Positions 42,901 through 55,200 of a DNA stretch of 64,000 nucleotides are shown here, one piece after another. Origin of the DNA: Thecamonas trahens ATCC 50062 (Eukaryota; Protista; Apusomonadida); assembly GCF_000142905.1 (NCBI RefSeq), contig NW_013657666.1, positions 37,399-101,398 on the forward strand, given 5' to 3'. Every line of letters starts with the position of its first letter. Within the stretch, counting starts at the first letter, position 1. The notes beneath the pieces were generated by a model. The model searched no databases. It was not told where the DNA came from and was given only the letters and a program-made list of their open reading frames with translations. Both the position numbers and the translations under genes were made by a program.

Positions 42901-45900
42901 CCTCATTCTTGCCAACGGCTCCTCGCTTGTCACCCAGGTTGTTCCTGGTGCCCTTTTGGACATGTCGCGCAACGTCCTCCGCACCGCCTTTTCCAACGTC
43001 ATGCCCAAGCGCATTTACACCCTCGCCTTTGACCGCTCCTCGCCATCATCCAACTCGATCGACGCCGTCCGCGCTCTGGCCGCCAAGCTGCGCCGTGCCC
43101 GTGCCCAGCGCGCACTTGTCGTCACCACTCCCGAGGCTGTCAAGTCGCTCATGCTCAAGTACGTTGATTTGCTTCAGTCGGTTCAGTCGGCCTCGCCGCT
43201 CCTCCGCCTTCCGCGCTCCGCCCTCGGCTCGCAGGCCGACAAGGCGTCGGGACTCGCCTCTCAGCTCCGCACGAACGAGCTTCTCGCCGACGAGCTGGCG
43301 ACCATCATCAAGCTCTGGTCGGCCGACGAGGGTGGTGTTGCCCTCCTCGATGAGGTTGATCTTCTTCTGCACCCGCTCCGCTCAGAGCTTAACTTTCCCA
43401 TCGGGCCCAAGACCCCCTCCCGCTGGAAGCACTTCGCTGGGACCTCCCGCTCCATCTTCTTGATGCCGTCTTTTTCACCACAACCGGCCGCCTTGCTCTT
43501 CCCGGCTTTCGACCCGACCCAGACGCGCTCGCCATCCTTCGCGACCTCGCTGCTGCCGTCCATGCCGGCGTCGACATGCTTGCGCTTCAGACCTCGCCGC
43601 ATCTTGTCCTCCTCTCGCTCGACTACTATCATGCCTCGCTCCGCCCGCTCTTTGCCGCCTGGGCCAAGGTCTGGCTCCTTGCTGCCGAGCCGGCGCTCCT
43701 TGCCGTCGACGCCGACGTTGTGTCCTACCTCGGTGCGCCAACCTTGAGTCCTGGCCTCAAGGCCCGCGTCTCGGCCGCCGCTCCGCCACGTGCGCTCCAG
43801 CTGCTCAACCTCGCCCGCTCCTGGGTCGTATCCTTCCTCCCGCATGTCCTCGCCAAGATCTGCCGCGTCCGCTACGGCCTCCTCTCGCCGGCCGACATCG
43901 ACCGTTGGTCCGCCGCCGAGGGCGCGCCGGTCTCGCTCCCGCTCTCGCGGTCGCTCCTCGCTGTTCCGTTTGTGGGCAAAGACGTGCCATCTCGCTCGGC
44001 TGAGTTTGCCCATCCAGAGGTTCTGCTCGGCACCACCATCCTTGCCTACCGCTACGAAGGCCTTCGTAGGCACAACATGCGCACCATCGTCCTCGATCTC
44101 AAGGCCCGACTCCTTCAGGAGACCGGTCCGTTTGCGGAGCGTCCGTCGCGCAGGCTCTTTGCTGACTGGCTCGACGCCGCCCGCCTAGCGCTTCCAGACC
44201 CGTCGGTCGCGCCAGCGCTCCTCCCGCTGGAGCTCTTCCAGCCGGCCGACCCACGCCAGCTCGACCAGCTTGTTGCCGCCCTTGCCTTTGAGCCGCTTGT
44301 TATCCACCACTTTGTCACTGCCCACGTCTTCCCGCAAGTCATGCGCCACCAGGAGCTCAAGCTCCAGGCCTCAGGCGTTGACCTCGGAGGCGACATGCTG
44401 TTTGGTGTCCGCCTCGGCTTCTCCGGTACGCCGTCTGATCTCCTCCCTCGCTCGCTTCAGCCGTGCCACTACGAGCCCGGCTCCGAGGCCAAGATCATAC
44501 GAGTCCTCTCGTCGCCGACAAACGTTTCAGTCTCGCTCCTTGCCGACTGGTCGGTCGACTCGATACTCGCCTCGGTTGCTTGTCCGCAGCCCGGCGACGC
44601 TGCTCCGTTCTCCGCCCTCATCGACACGGGCGCCCTCATCACCGGTCTCACCAACGAGCAAGTTGCACGTAAGCTCCTCGCCATTGGACTCGAAGGCTTT
44701 GACGTTTGCGTCTTCCTCGATGCCTCGGACCGGAAGATGTGTGTCGACCGGACGCCCGCGCCGCCAGTCCCGCTCAACCGCTCCGGCGTTGCTCTTGGCC
44801 GGCGCTTCACCTTTTACGACCAGGTTCACACCACAGGCATGGACATCCGCCAGGCTACCGACGCCCGCGCCGCCGTCACCCTCGGCAAGGACATGACTCT
44901 CCGTGACTACTCTCAGGGCTGCTACCGCATGCGCGGCCTGGGCCGCGGCCAGACCTTGCACCTGTTCATTGTTGCTGAAGTGGCTGCCCTTGTCGACGCC
45001 GCGCTGCCAGACGCGCCTCCTCTCGCCTCGCACCCGCCTGTCTCTGTTGTTCTCCGCGCTGTCCTCGCGTGGCTCATTACCAATTCGATCGCGTCGGAAA
45101 AGCTGCAGCACCTCGCCCTCTGCCAGCAAGAGCTCCATTCGGTCTGGCGGAAGCAGGCGCTCGACTCGCTCCTCACCCTTGCCACCGCGCCGCAGGTTGT
45201 CGAGCCCTCGGTCGCGCTCCTCCCGTCGCGGTTCTGGGATCCAGTCACCGACCCTGGGGCCATTGACGCCATTGTCGCCGAGCACTCGCTCCTCACCGAC
45301 TCGGAGCGCGCTGCCATGGCCGAGTCGACTGCCCGTGAAGCCGCCGGCATTCGCCTCACCGCCATCACCTCGCGCATCGCTTCTAGGAACATCCCACTCC
45401 CGGTTGACTTGCGTGTTGTCTTGAGCCAGTGCTCCTCTCCGCAGGAAGCCGTCACTGCTGTTCTCAATCTCCTCGAGGCATGCGGCTACGCGCCGTCCGA
45501 GTTTGACGACGACGCAAGTGACGCGAGCGCGGCCAATGTGGCCGTCGATGATGGCGACGGTGATGGGCCAACTCTTGACGAAGTCCGCGCTCCTTTCTCC
45601 TGCACGCGCTGCACCATGTTCAACGCCGGCGGCGGACGCTCGTGCGAGGTCTGCAACTCGCCGCGTGACTTTGCCGCCGAGCGCGCCGCCGCCGCCGCTG
45701 CTGCTGCCGCCGCCGCTACTGCTGCCGCAATCGAGTCACCGCCGCCGTCGCCGTCATCGGCTGCCTCGCCACTGCAGATCCTTATTCCGCCGTCGCCAAT
45801 CGGGTCCGGGCCCAAGTCCCCGTTCTCGGCTAGCTCCGGCTCTGGCTCCGAGTCCGGGTTGGCATCTGTGGGTGCCACGCCGTCGCCGGCCCGCCTTGTC

Positions 45901-48900
45901 GAGTGGCTCAACGTCTGTGTTGAGATCTTCCGTGAGACTCTAGGCACGTTGCAGGTGCCCGATGTGGTTCCCGAGCCGGTCCCGTTCTCGGTCAAGCTCC
46001 GCTCGCTTGCCTTTGCCAAGCGGGCGTTCCTCAAGGATCCATCAGCCTCGCTCGACGTGGAGAACGTCATTGCCCATGTCGAGGCCCAGGAGGCCCGCGC
46101 TGCCGCAGCAGCAGCAGCCTCTGACATCGACGACACCGCATCTGCCCTCGGATATGATGCAGAGATGGAACAGGAGCAGGAGCAGGAGGAGGAGGCCCAG
46201 CAAGAGGTCCAGCAAGAAGAGCAGGTCCATGTCGACTACGCCTCCACCCCGCCCATCGCCACCACCTGGCCCGTCATGGCTCTCGGCTCGCCGAACAGCC
46301 TGGTCTCGGCTGTCTTTTACCCGCTTGCTACCTTTGTCCTCCAGGCATCTGTTCCCCCGCTCGCCTTTCCCCCATCCATGCTCCTCTCCGAGAACTACGC
46401 CACTGCGCTCCACCGCTCGGACCTGCCGCGTCGGCTTCGCAACATCGACGTCATCGCCGAGTGGACCCTTCCAACCGGCCAGAGTCTTCCCGCTCATCTG
46501 CCGTCCGGCGAACCCGTTCAACTCACCCGCTTCTATGTTGCTATCTCACTATCCGAGGCCGCCGCCCTCCGGCGCGTGATTGACGTCGCCGCCGGCAGCA
46601 ACATTGCTGGCGCCGGCCTTCGACTCGCCTTTGTCACCCCGCGCGGCCCGGTTCTCCTCGGCTCACTCCAGACCTACACCGCGCCGCACCTGGCTGTCGC
46701 GCCCGAGCCGCTGTTGCACGTCGAGCCTCTACTCGGCCTAGATCACGCTACGGCTGTCGCTCAGATTTCGGCGGCCGTCGGCAAGTTCACTGTCCTCCTC
46801 AACACCGCACGCGTCGCTCCGGCCGAGGTCCCGCTCGCTGCCGCCTCGCTCGCCCGTCTTGAGTTGTTTGTACCCTCGACCTCCGGCTGGGTCGACGACC
46901 TTCATGCCGCCGCTCAGGCCTTCCGCTTCTTCGACTGCGCACTCTGGTTCACCGACGAGGAGCTTGTCAAGCTCGCTCGCGCGCTCGGTGCTGCGCCGCC
47001 GGCCGCCCGCGCTGCGTTCTTCAGCGCCGTCGTTGGTGCTCGTCGCCGCGACCGCGTCGAGTGGCGTGATACCAAGGTCGCAGGCGTTCTTGCTCAAAAT
47101 GCGCTCGATGCTGCCGCTCTCTTTGCTCTTCGCGCCACCACCCTCCGTGTCGCCGCGCTCCTCGCTGCTCAGCACGCGTCGGCGCTCGCCGCTTTTCACG
47201 CCCTCGATGCCGATTCTGACGGCTGGATCTCGTCGGCAGAGTTTACTCGCCAGCTAAGCTCGCTCGCTGCCGCCGATGTCGAGGCCGCGTTTGCCGCCGC
47301 CGACCGCGACGCCGACGGCCTACTCAGCTACCGCGAGTTTGCGTCATACTTTTGGCTCGCTGAGTCCGTCGTCGCCGCGCCGCCTGGCCTCGCTGCCGTT
47401 TCCGTCTCGGCCTCGCCGTCGTCCAGTACCTTTTCCGGCCTTGATCTTGTCGCCAGTCCTTCTTCGCATGTGGAGGACCGCCCCGATGCCTCTCCTCAGC
47501 GAGGGCATCGCACCCCGTCGTTGGCTGTCATGTCGTACTCGGAGCTCGCGTCAATCGGGACAACCGCGGTTGTGTCGGGCGGTAAGGCCATGATCACCGA
47601 CGCCTCCCGGATAGTCCTTGGTGAGCTCGAAGTTGTCACCGTCGTGCCTCGCGGCGTTGAGCTCGCTGCTCCTGGCGCGTGGTACTTTGAGGTTGTTGTC
47701 GAGGGTGGCTCGTCGGCGCTCGACGCCACCATCAGCCTCGGCCTCGGCACCCAGCAGCTGGCTGTCTCGTCGGCCATGCGCCGCGGAGTGGCCGGGGTAG
47801 ACTTGCGCTTTGCCGCCCACGACATCGTGGTCGGCGACGTCGTCGGTGGCCTAGTCACCGTCTCGCTCGCTTCTGATGGCGGCGTCGCGGCTGCGCTCAC
47901 AGTCTTGATTAACGGCGAGCCTCTAACCGAGATTTCCTACGAATCGGGACCGCCGGTCTTCCCAGCTGTCACCCTCGAGTGGCCGGCGCAAGCGAGGGTC
48001 AACTTTGGCGGGCATCCGTTTGTGGCCAACCCTCTCCCGCGCGGCGCCGAGCCGCTGCTCAACTTTGCGCATGCGCGCAAAGAGCGGATTCACGTCCTCA
48101 ACGCCGGAAGTCGGTATGGCTTGCTCAAGCCGACGTCCGGCTCGGCACAGATGACCATCACCGACGACCTGGAGGTCTCGGTCGAGTCTGGCTTCCCGTC
48201 GGCTGTCCTCCAGGGCTGCCTCCTCACTACCGGCAAGTGGTACTACGAGGCGACTATTGTCCGCCGCGGGGTGGCGCAGATCGGGTTTGCCGACCTCGAG
48301 TTTGTTGGCTCCTCTCGCGACGGAGTCGGCGTCGGTGACGACAAGAACTCGGTCGGCGTTGACTACGAGCGCTGCGTCCTTTGGTACGACGGCCGCAACC
48401 CATTTGGCAAGGCCTGGTCGGTCGGCACCGTCGTTGGCGTCGCCGTCGACATGGACGCCAAGACGATCTCGTTCTCGCACAACGGCGACTTTTCCAAGCC
48501 GTGTGGTCGCGCCATGACCAACTTTGACTTTGTTGCCGGCCTCGCGCCGGGTGTGACCCTCAACCCGTGCGCCATCCGCCTCAACTGGGGCCACACCCCG
48601 CTCGCACATGCCCCGCCGCCTGGCCACTTGTCGGTCGCCGACTGGCTCGAAGCCCACTCGCCGTCGAGCCCGTGTCCGGAAGCCATCGCCAGAGTCGCCA
48701 CGTCCCGCGTCGCCGCCGCCGCCGCCGCTGCCACCGCCCCAGGCGCCGCTCTCCGGGTCGCCGCCGGTCATGCTGCCCTGGCCATCGACACCGAAGACGC
48801 CATCGTCGAATCTGTCTCGCCAGGCTATCCCACCGCGTGGGCTCGTGCGGCTCTGCCGCTCGCTCCGGGCGCCATGTTCGAGGTCACTCTCCTCGAGTTT

Positions 48901-49296
48901 GGTCCCGAAGCCGTTGCTTCCATCGGCGTCGCCCGGCACGACTTTGTCGGCGATGCCACGTCAGCGCTTGGCGCCTTTGGCGGTGTTGGCCATACCCACA
49001 CCTCGCGAGCCATCTTCCTGCAGGGTATTTCTGCGGCGTCGCGCTACGTTCCGCCGCTCCACGACTTTGGCAGCCTCTTTGGCACCCGCCCGTCGGCCGG
49101 AGCTGTCATCGGCGTCGCGGTCGATCGTGAGCCTGGCGGCGGAACGCAGATCTGGTACGCGCTCAATGGCAAGTGGGTTGCCACTAATGACACCTCGCTC
49201 GAGTTTGGTAGCCTCTATCCCGCTATCTCGCTCACGCCCAACGTGGTGGCCCAGTTTAATCTCGGCGGCCGTCCATTCGATCACCCGCGGCCGTAG
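33920..49296 (+). CDS. Giant (~5,050 aa) DUF3638/DUF3645 P-loop protein with a putative N-terminal cysteine protease, CUB-like, UBA-like, RanBP2-type ZnF, EF-hand and SPRY domains; exon 1 33920-33958, exon 2 from 34166; four -1 frameshifts (~38899, ~39500, ~40242, ~43415)
   Basis: QMIMGAGKTT (Walker A), LLDEVD (Walker B), AVPFVGKDVPS..AEFAHPEV (DUF3645), GFSGT, ALIDTGAL, FYDQ.HT.G.D, QG.YRMRGLG.GQ, EQEQEQE, DADSDGWISSAEF/DRDADGLLSYREF and GKWYYE...QIG SPRY. Overlapping ORFs continue conserved-looking sequence across the shifts. Confidence 0.8.
33959..34165 (+). other. Spliceosomal intron (C-rich, contains an N-gap) in the giant gene
   Basis: GTACGC donor and CACAG acceptor; phase-0 join MPAIWRNGAFAGE|FGDPYIKD. 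Confidence 0.8.
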
Positions 49297-52200
49297 GCGC
49301 GCTGTCGGTGCCCGGGCAAACCACGACCCGCACGCCAAACAGCTGCCACTCGTCAGCCCGCCCTCCGGCGCCAAACGGCAAGTGGCAGATCGGGGTCGAG
49401 TCGCGCGCGCTGTTGAGGAGCGGGACGCGGACGGTGTCATCGTCGTTCTCGCTCCCGCGCCGCCGTGACTTGCGCTTCGGTCGGATCCACAGGATCGGGA
49501 GCGCCGTGAAGGGCTCCTCCGAGTCGACAAGGCACCCGGCTTCGTCGTCAAGTGTCGCCCCGCGCATAAACAGACCACCCACATACAGACCGCTCTCCGG
49601 CGCAGACTCGACAAGATGCGGTGGCATGTCCAGCGCCGAAACCTCGAGCTCCAGATCGGCCGAGCACCGCGTGCTCGCGCCAGCCCCGCTTGGTCCACGC
49701 ACCACAAGCATTCGTGCAAACAGCGCCCGCGCCGCGAACACCGAGTCCAGGTACACAACCCGCGGAATCCGCTCTGCCGGGGACAGAAGCAGCGGGCCGC
49801 GCGCCACTGCGGTGCACCACTCGTCGATCGTGGCCAGTGCCGGTGGAGAGGCTGCAGACCAGGCACGAGGAACCGCGCCAGCCAGAAGCGCCGTCGCCAC
49901 ATCTTGTGCTGCCGGCGAAAAAGGCCACTCCGAGTCGAGCGCTCTTTGCATCGCCTGCAAATCGCGAGCCAGAATCGCGTCCAAGCTTGCGTAACGACGG
50001 AACTCGGAGAGCGAAAAGGCTGTCAGCGGCTCGCTTGGGTCCGGCTCACGCACTCGAACCAGCGGGAGGAGCGCGGCTAGTCGCGACGCGATCGGAACGA
50101 GCGCGCGCCGCGCATCGTGGTCAACAAGTAGGTTGTGTCTCACGCGGACCCTCTCGCGCTCGCTCTTGACCATGAGCCGCAGCTTGGTGGTGAGCGCGTC
50201 GCCACGATCTGTGGCTCGGGACGCAGCCGCAGACGGTGGGAGCCGAAGGATCTCGGGCGTGTCGTGGTGAGGCAGGTTACTAATGACGCCAAAGACCGAG
50301 CTGAACCGCGAGAGCAGCGGTACGTCATAGCCGTCGGCAAACCGTCCGCCAGGCTCCAGCCGCGACTGTTGCAAAAACGTCCGCGTCATGGCCCGCAACA
50401 CGGTCTCGTCGGCTTCGCTTGACACACGTCCACTGTACACCAACATGGCCACGTGCGCCGCAGCCTTGGCATTCGACGAGCCGTAAAAGCCTAGCAGCGC
50501 CTTCAGCACCCGCTGCGCAAGCTCCAGATCACTCTCGGCAAAGACGCCTTGCAACGTATTGGCGGCCATCTGTGTTCGCTCGCGCAAGACGGCGTCAAAC
50601 ATCGTGAACGCGTATACCGATCGCTTCCATGCCTCGGGCACCACCGCGTTCTCAAACGCTTCTTTGCCCAGCAGGCGAAACGCCTCGTGCATGCGGGCCC
50701 TCACTCCGCGGGCGGGTGCCACTTGCGCCTTGACACACAGCCGCGAGATGCCAAACGGCAGCAGATGGGCAGACTCGGCACCGACCGCCAGCCACAGCCG
50801 GAACGTGCTTGCCACCGTCGACATCGCTGCTAGCGCAAGCAGGCGCGACTCAAGCTCCGCCCACCACTGCGGCACAAATTCGAGGTGGACGAGGACTACC
50901 CATCCACCGCTTGCTGCCCTACTGGTAATCGCCGCCTCGGCCGCCGCCAGCGTCTCGCCTCCGAGGCCGATGATCGTAACGGCCGATGTCAGGATGCCGA
51001 CCTCGGCCGCCACGTCGGCCACTCGCGTGCTGACGTCGACCCGCGCCCAGCCATGACCAACATCGGTACGGTAGGTGAGGTGAACCGGAATGCCGCGTGG
51101 AGATCAAAGACCGTCGGCTCTACAAACTCGGGGCCGAGATTGTCCTCCACAAAGTTGATGCACGCCTGCACCACGCTCTCTGGATGAAGGACCTTGAACA
51201 AGAGCAGTGCGTCAATGTCGTCGAGCCGCGACGCCCATCCACCCGGCAGCATTGCCTCCGCCGGCTCGCGTGCCAGCACAAACTCGGCCCAGCCCGACCC
51301 GGGCTCAGCCACTGACTCGAGCAAGCCACGGAACGACGACGGAAGCATCGCCTCCAGGAACGCCAGCCCAGCCCAAGCCTCGGGTTTGAGCCACTCACTC
51401 AGCTTGTAGTCCATGTCCGGTGCCGCTGCGAGCAGCTGTGCCCGTGGCGGGAGTGGCGCCACAAGCAACTCGAGCTGATCGCGACTCACCTCGCCCTCAA
51501 CTAGCTGTAGCTGCAGAGCAAGGTGCAGGGCCAGCGGCAGCCGATCGCTCTCGCAAAGCGTGGTGCAGAGTGAGCAATAGACCTCGTACACCACGTTCTC
51601 ACGAAACCGAGCGGCAGCAACTCCCGCCGCCGCTCGCGCCGCCGCTGCTGATGCTGCGCGCGCTGCTGCGCTGCTGCTGCCGAGCGCAAAGCCAAAGCCC
51701 GAAGCGTTGAGGTTTGATGCCGAGGTGACCACCTGCATGTGCTTCTGGCGCTGGGCCCGGATCTTGCCGATCGCAAACCCGCCGCCAGGCGTCCGCGGCA
51801 CGTCCATTCTCGGCACAGGCAGCGCTTGGCTCCCGGAACCTTGGCTGCTCGAAAACGATACGCCCAGCGTCGCGCCCGGCGCCTCTGGCCCAAAGCCAAC
51901 CGTAGAAAGCGAGGTTAGTAGCGCCGTAGTCTTCGGCGCAAGTTCCATCGCCGACGTCGTGGCCACGGGGCCGTGGCTCGCCACATGCGGTGTCATTGGG
52001 CTCAGGCTTGCCGAAGATATCGACGCTGCCGCCGTTATCGGGTCACTAAACAACAGCGCCAGTGATGTGGCAGACTGCAGTACATTTGCCGATGAGGGGG
52101 AGGCAAGTAGCGCCTGTCGCTGTACGCGTGTTGCCAGAGCTGGGATGCCCAGTCGCGACATCGAGGCCGCTGCAGCAACCGTGTCGCCGTTGGCGGCATC

Positions 52201-55200
52201 GTGGCGGCTGGGTGCGAGGTCGACAGCCGACATGTGCGGGAAGACTGGCGGTCGAAAGTCGTTAGTGAAGTCTTGCATCGAGCTCGACGGCGACGACATC
52301 GACGCTGACGACTCGGAGCCAACGACTGTCAACGACGGCGGGTCGCACATTTCCATCAGCGCGTCAGCCATGAACCGGCTCGACGTCCGACGCATACCCC
52401 GGCGCTTTGACGCCCGCTCTCGGCCCGCCGCAATTGACCGCCCACTTCCAGCGGGTGGGGGTGAGCCTCCGCGTGCCACAATGCTCGGGAGAACAGCCAG
52501 CCTGTCTTTCCCCATCGTGTCGATGGCGTGCCGTGACATGCTCGCCGGGCCCTGTGAGTGCTGGCTCGACTCGGTGCTTGACGACGAGTCTGAGCCGGCC
52601 GAGTACGGCCGAGCCTCTAGTGACGAGATCGAGTTGGACGCTGCGAGCTGGGCAATCCGCGACTGCGACCGCGATCGGGACCTTGACCGCGATCGTGACC
52701 TCGTCGCGTTGCCCGGAACCTCCAGAGTTGGCGACGACGCCTGTCTCTCGTCTGACGGCCTGGCCCGCGCAAGGTGTGCCCGAGCTCGGGCCTGGCGCTC
52801 TCGCACAGAGGTGGGAACAAGAGGCGACATCGGTGAAAGCGGCGGCGTTCCCGCAGACGTCGGTGTCGACGCCCGCCACTCTGGCAGCGATCCACTGGAT
52901 GCCACCGACCGACTCAGCACTGTGGCCGCTGATGACGAGACCGACGATGGCGACGACGGCGAGAATGGCGACGACGGAGAAAGCGTCGAGCTTGGTGACG
53001 ACAATGACTGCAGCGAGAATAGCGACGACGATGAAGACGACGATGATGACGATGCATTGGTCCGAGTCAGCGAGAGCTCAAGCAGACCGCGTGAGCCAGA
53101 GCCAAGCTGAGACCGGCTTGCAGCCTTGGAGCGCATCTTCCGCAGCCGCTTGGTCACGCTCGCAGAGGTAGCACGCCGGATTCGGGATGACCGCGAGCCG
53201 GCCGACGAGTCCGACATTCCCGATGCCACCGACAACTGCGATCGATGGCTCGTCATGGTCGGGACGACCGGAGACTGTGGCGAGGGCAAGACGTCTGACC
53301 AGTCGAGCGAGGCTACTGACGAGTTGGACATGACCGACCGCTGGCGTTTGTGGGTGGCCACCATCGGCGCATTGTCCACCGTTAATGTCAGTGAGAGATG
53401 CGGGAGTCCTGTCGGGCTTGGTGCGCTCTGACCCGGCACGTGAATGGCGGGTGCTGTTGCTGACAGTATCGACGTCGGCGAGCGCGGGCTGAGCAGCGCA
53501 CCCTGTCCTGGGTCGGCGCCGTCAACAAGCACCGCCATGACTGCCCGCTTGTAGAGATCGACAAAAAAGTCGAGCGAGAACTGGTACATCGGGTTCAGCT
53601 GCCGCAGTGAGAGTACAATCGAGTAAAGCAGTGCGCCAAGTTTTGCCGCCGGATTGAAGAGCTCGTGGTTGGTGACAAGCGAGGTGTAGAGCTTGCGTGC
53701 GTCATCGAGCCCGCTCGAACTCGTCGCCAGCGTCGCCGCCGCCTCTGACACAGTGTTCAGCAGCTGATCGCTGTTGAGGACAGACTCTAGGTCGGCCGAC
53801 GACACAGCGCGCAGCTCAGCGAGCGAGGCCTTGTCCAGCTTGGTCTCCTCGACCGCCAGCCGCGAGAGCACGTCGACAATCGACGACTCAAGCGCTGGCT
53901 GGACAACGCTCACAAGCTCGCCAAGCACAATTCGCTGCGTCGCCGCCGAGCTCGCGCTAAAATTGACAAGTGTGAGCCATGGCTCCAGGGCAGGCGTCAC
54001 ATCCACCTCGGCTGCAAGGAGAGTCACGTACACCTTGTGCAGCGGGGCGGTGAAGACCGGTCCGGTGAGCTCCTCCGGATTGAGCAGCCATGAGGTGATG
54101 CTCGTCTCATCGAGCTGTCGCTCGCCTTCCACTAGAACAACCAGCCGGACCCGGGGGTCCAGCTCAAGCTGTGCATCCTCACGTGAGATCTGAGACGGCA
54201 GCAGCGCTCCAGCACCATGGATGCGCAGGTACGGCTCGAGTGCTACGGCGACCTTGCGCTGCCGCTCGCGGCGGGTGTCCCGCGGCGAGACAGTGACAAG
54301 CGCATACAAAGCATCGCTCTCGCACAGCACGTGCCGCACAGGAAGCTCGGAATCGTCAACAACGAGCTCGGTTAGCGCTGCGTTGAGCTCCAGCGCCCGC
54401 GCCCAAACCCTCCGCGACTCATGCGAGTCCGAGTACATAGCCCGGAGCCAGCGCGCCGCAATGCCTTGTGGGTCGTGACACGCCACAATCGGCGTTGGTG
54501 CGTGGAGGACGACCATCGCGTTGGCCTGCGAGTTGGAGTCGGGCAAAAGGCCGCAATACTTCCACTGGGTGAGTGCAAAGGTAAACGGCGAGTAGAGCGC
54601 GGCAGGCATGCCGGCTACGCGTGGCCGAACAAAGATGTGCTTGCTGCGAACATCAACATCGGCCTCATCCGTTGGTAAATCCCCCGCACTCGTTTCCTCA
54701 CTTCCATCGCTGGCGACGACGGCGATGAGCGCGCGCCGCTGCTGGACAGTGAGTGGCCCAAGCCACGCTGCCCAAAGCCCTGCCAAGAGTCCGTCGTCGA
54801 GCGACGCTGGCGCTCTGGAGCGAACTGCATCCCGCAGGCCAAGCCACTCGCCGGCGCGCTTCTTGAGAGCGGCAAGAAGGTTGGTGCCGCGAGCGGCAGC
54901 GGCCGACGTCTCATCGACAGCGTCGGCAACCGAATCGCAGGCCTCGTTCAGCTGGATGTAAGTGTCGCGGGCAGCATCGACGGCGGAAAACTCGTCCGCG
55001 AGTGCAAGCTGCCGCTCGACAACTAGGTCAAGGTCGGCTTGGGTGTCCTTCATCGATTTTTGCAGCTTGAACAGCGCCACCGAAGAGACCGAGTACTGCT
55101 TGGCAGCACGGAGAACCGCAGCCAGCCAGTTGTGGAGAAGGCAGAGTGTCGGACTCGCTCCGTCTGGCAAGCTCTCTGGCAGCAGCTTGGCGAGCTGGCG

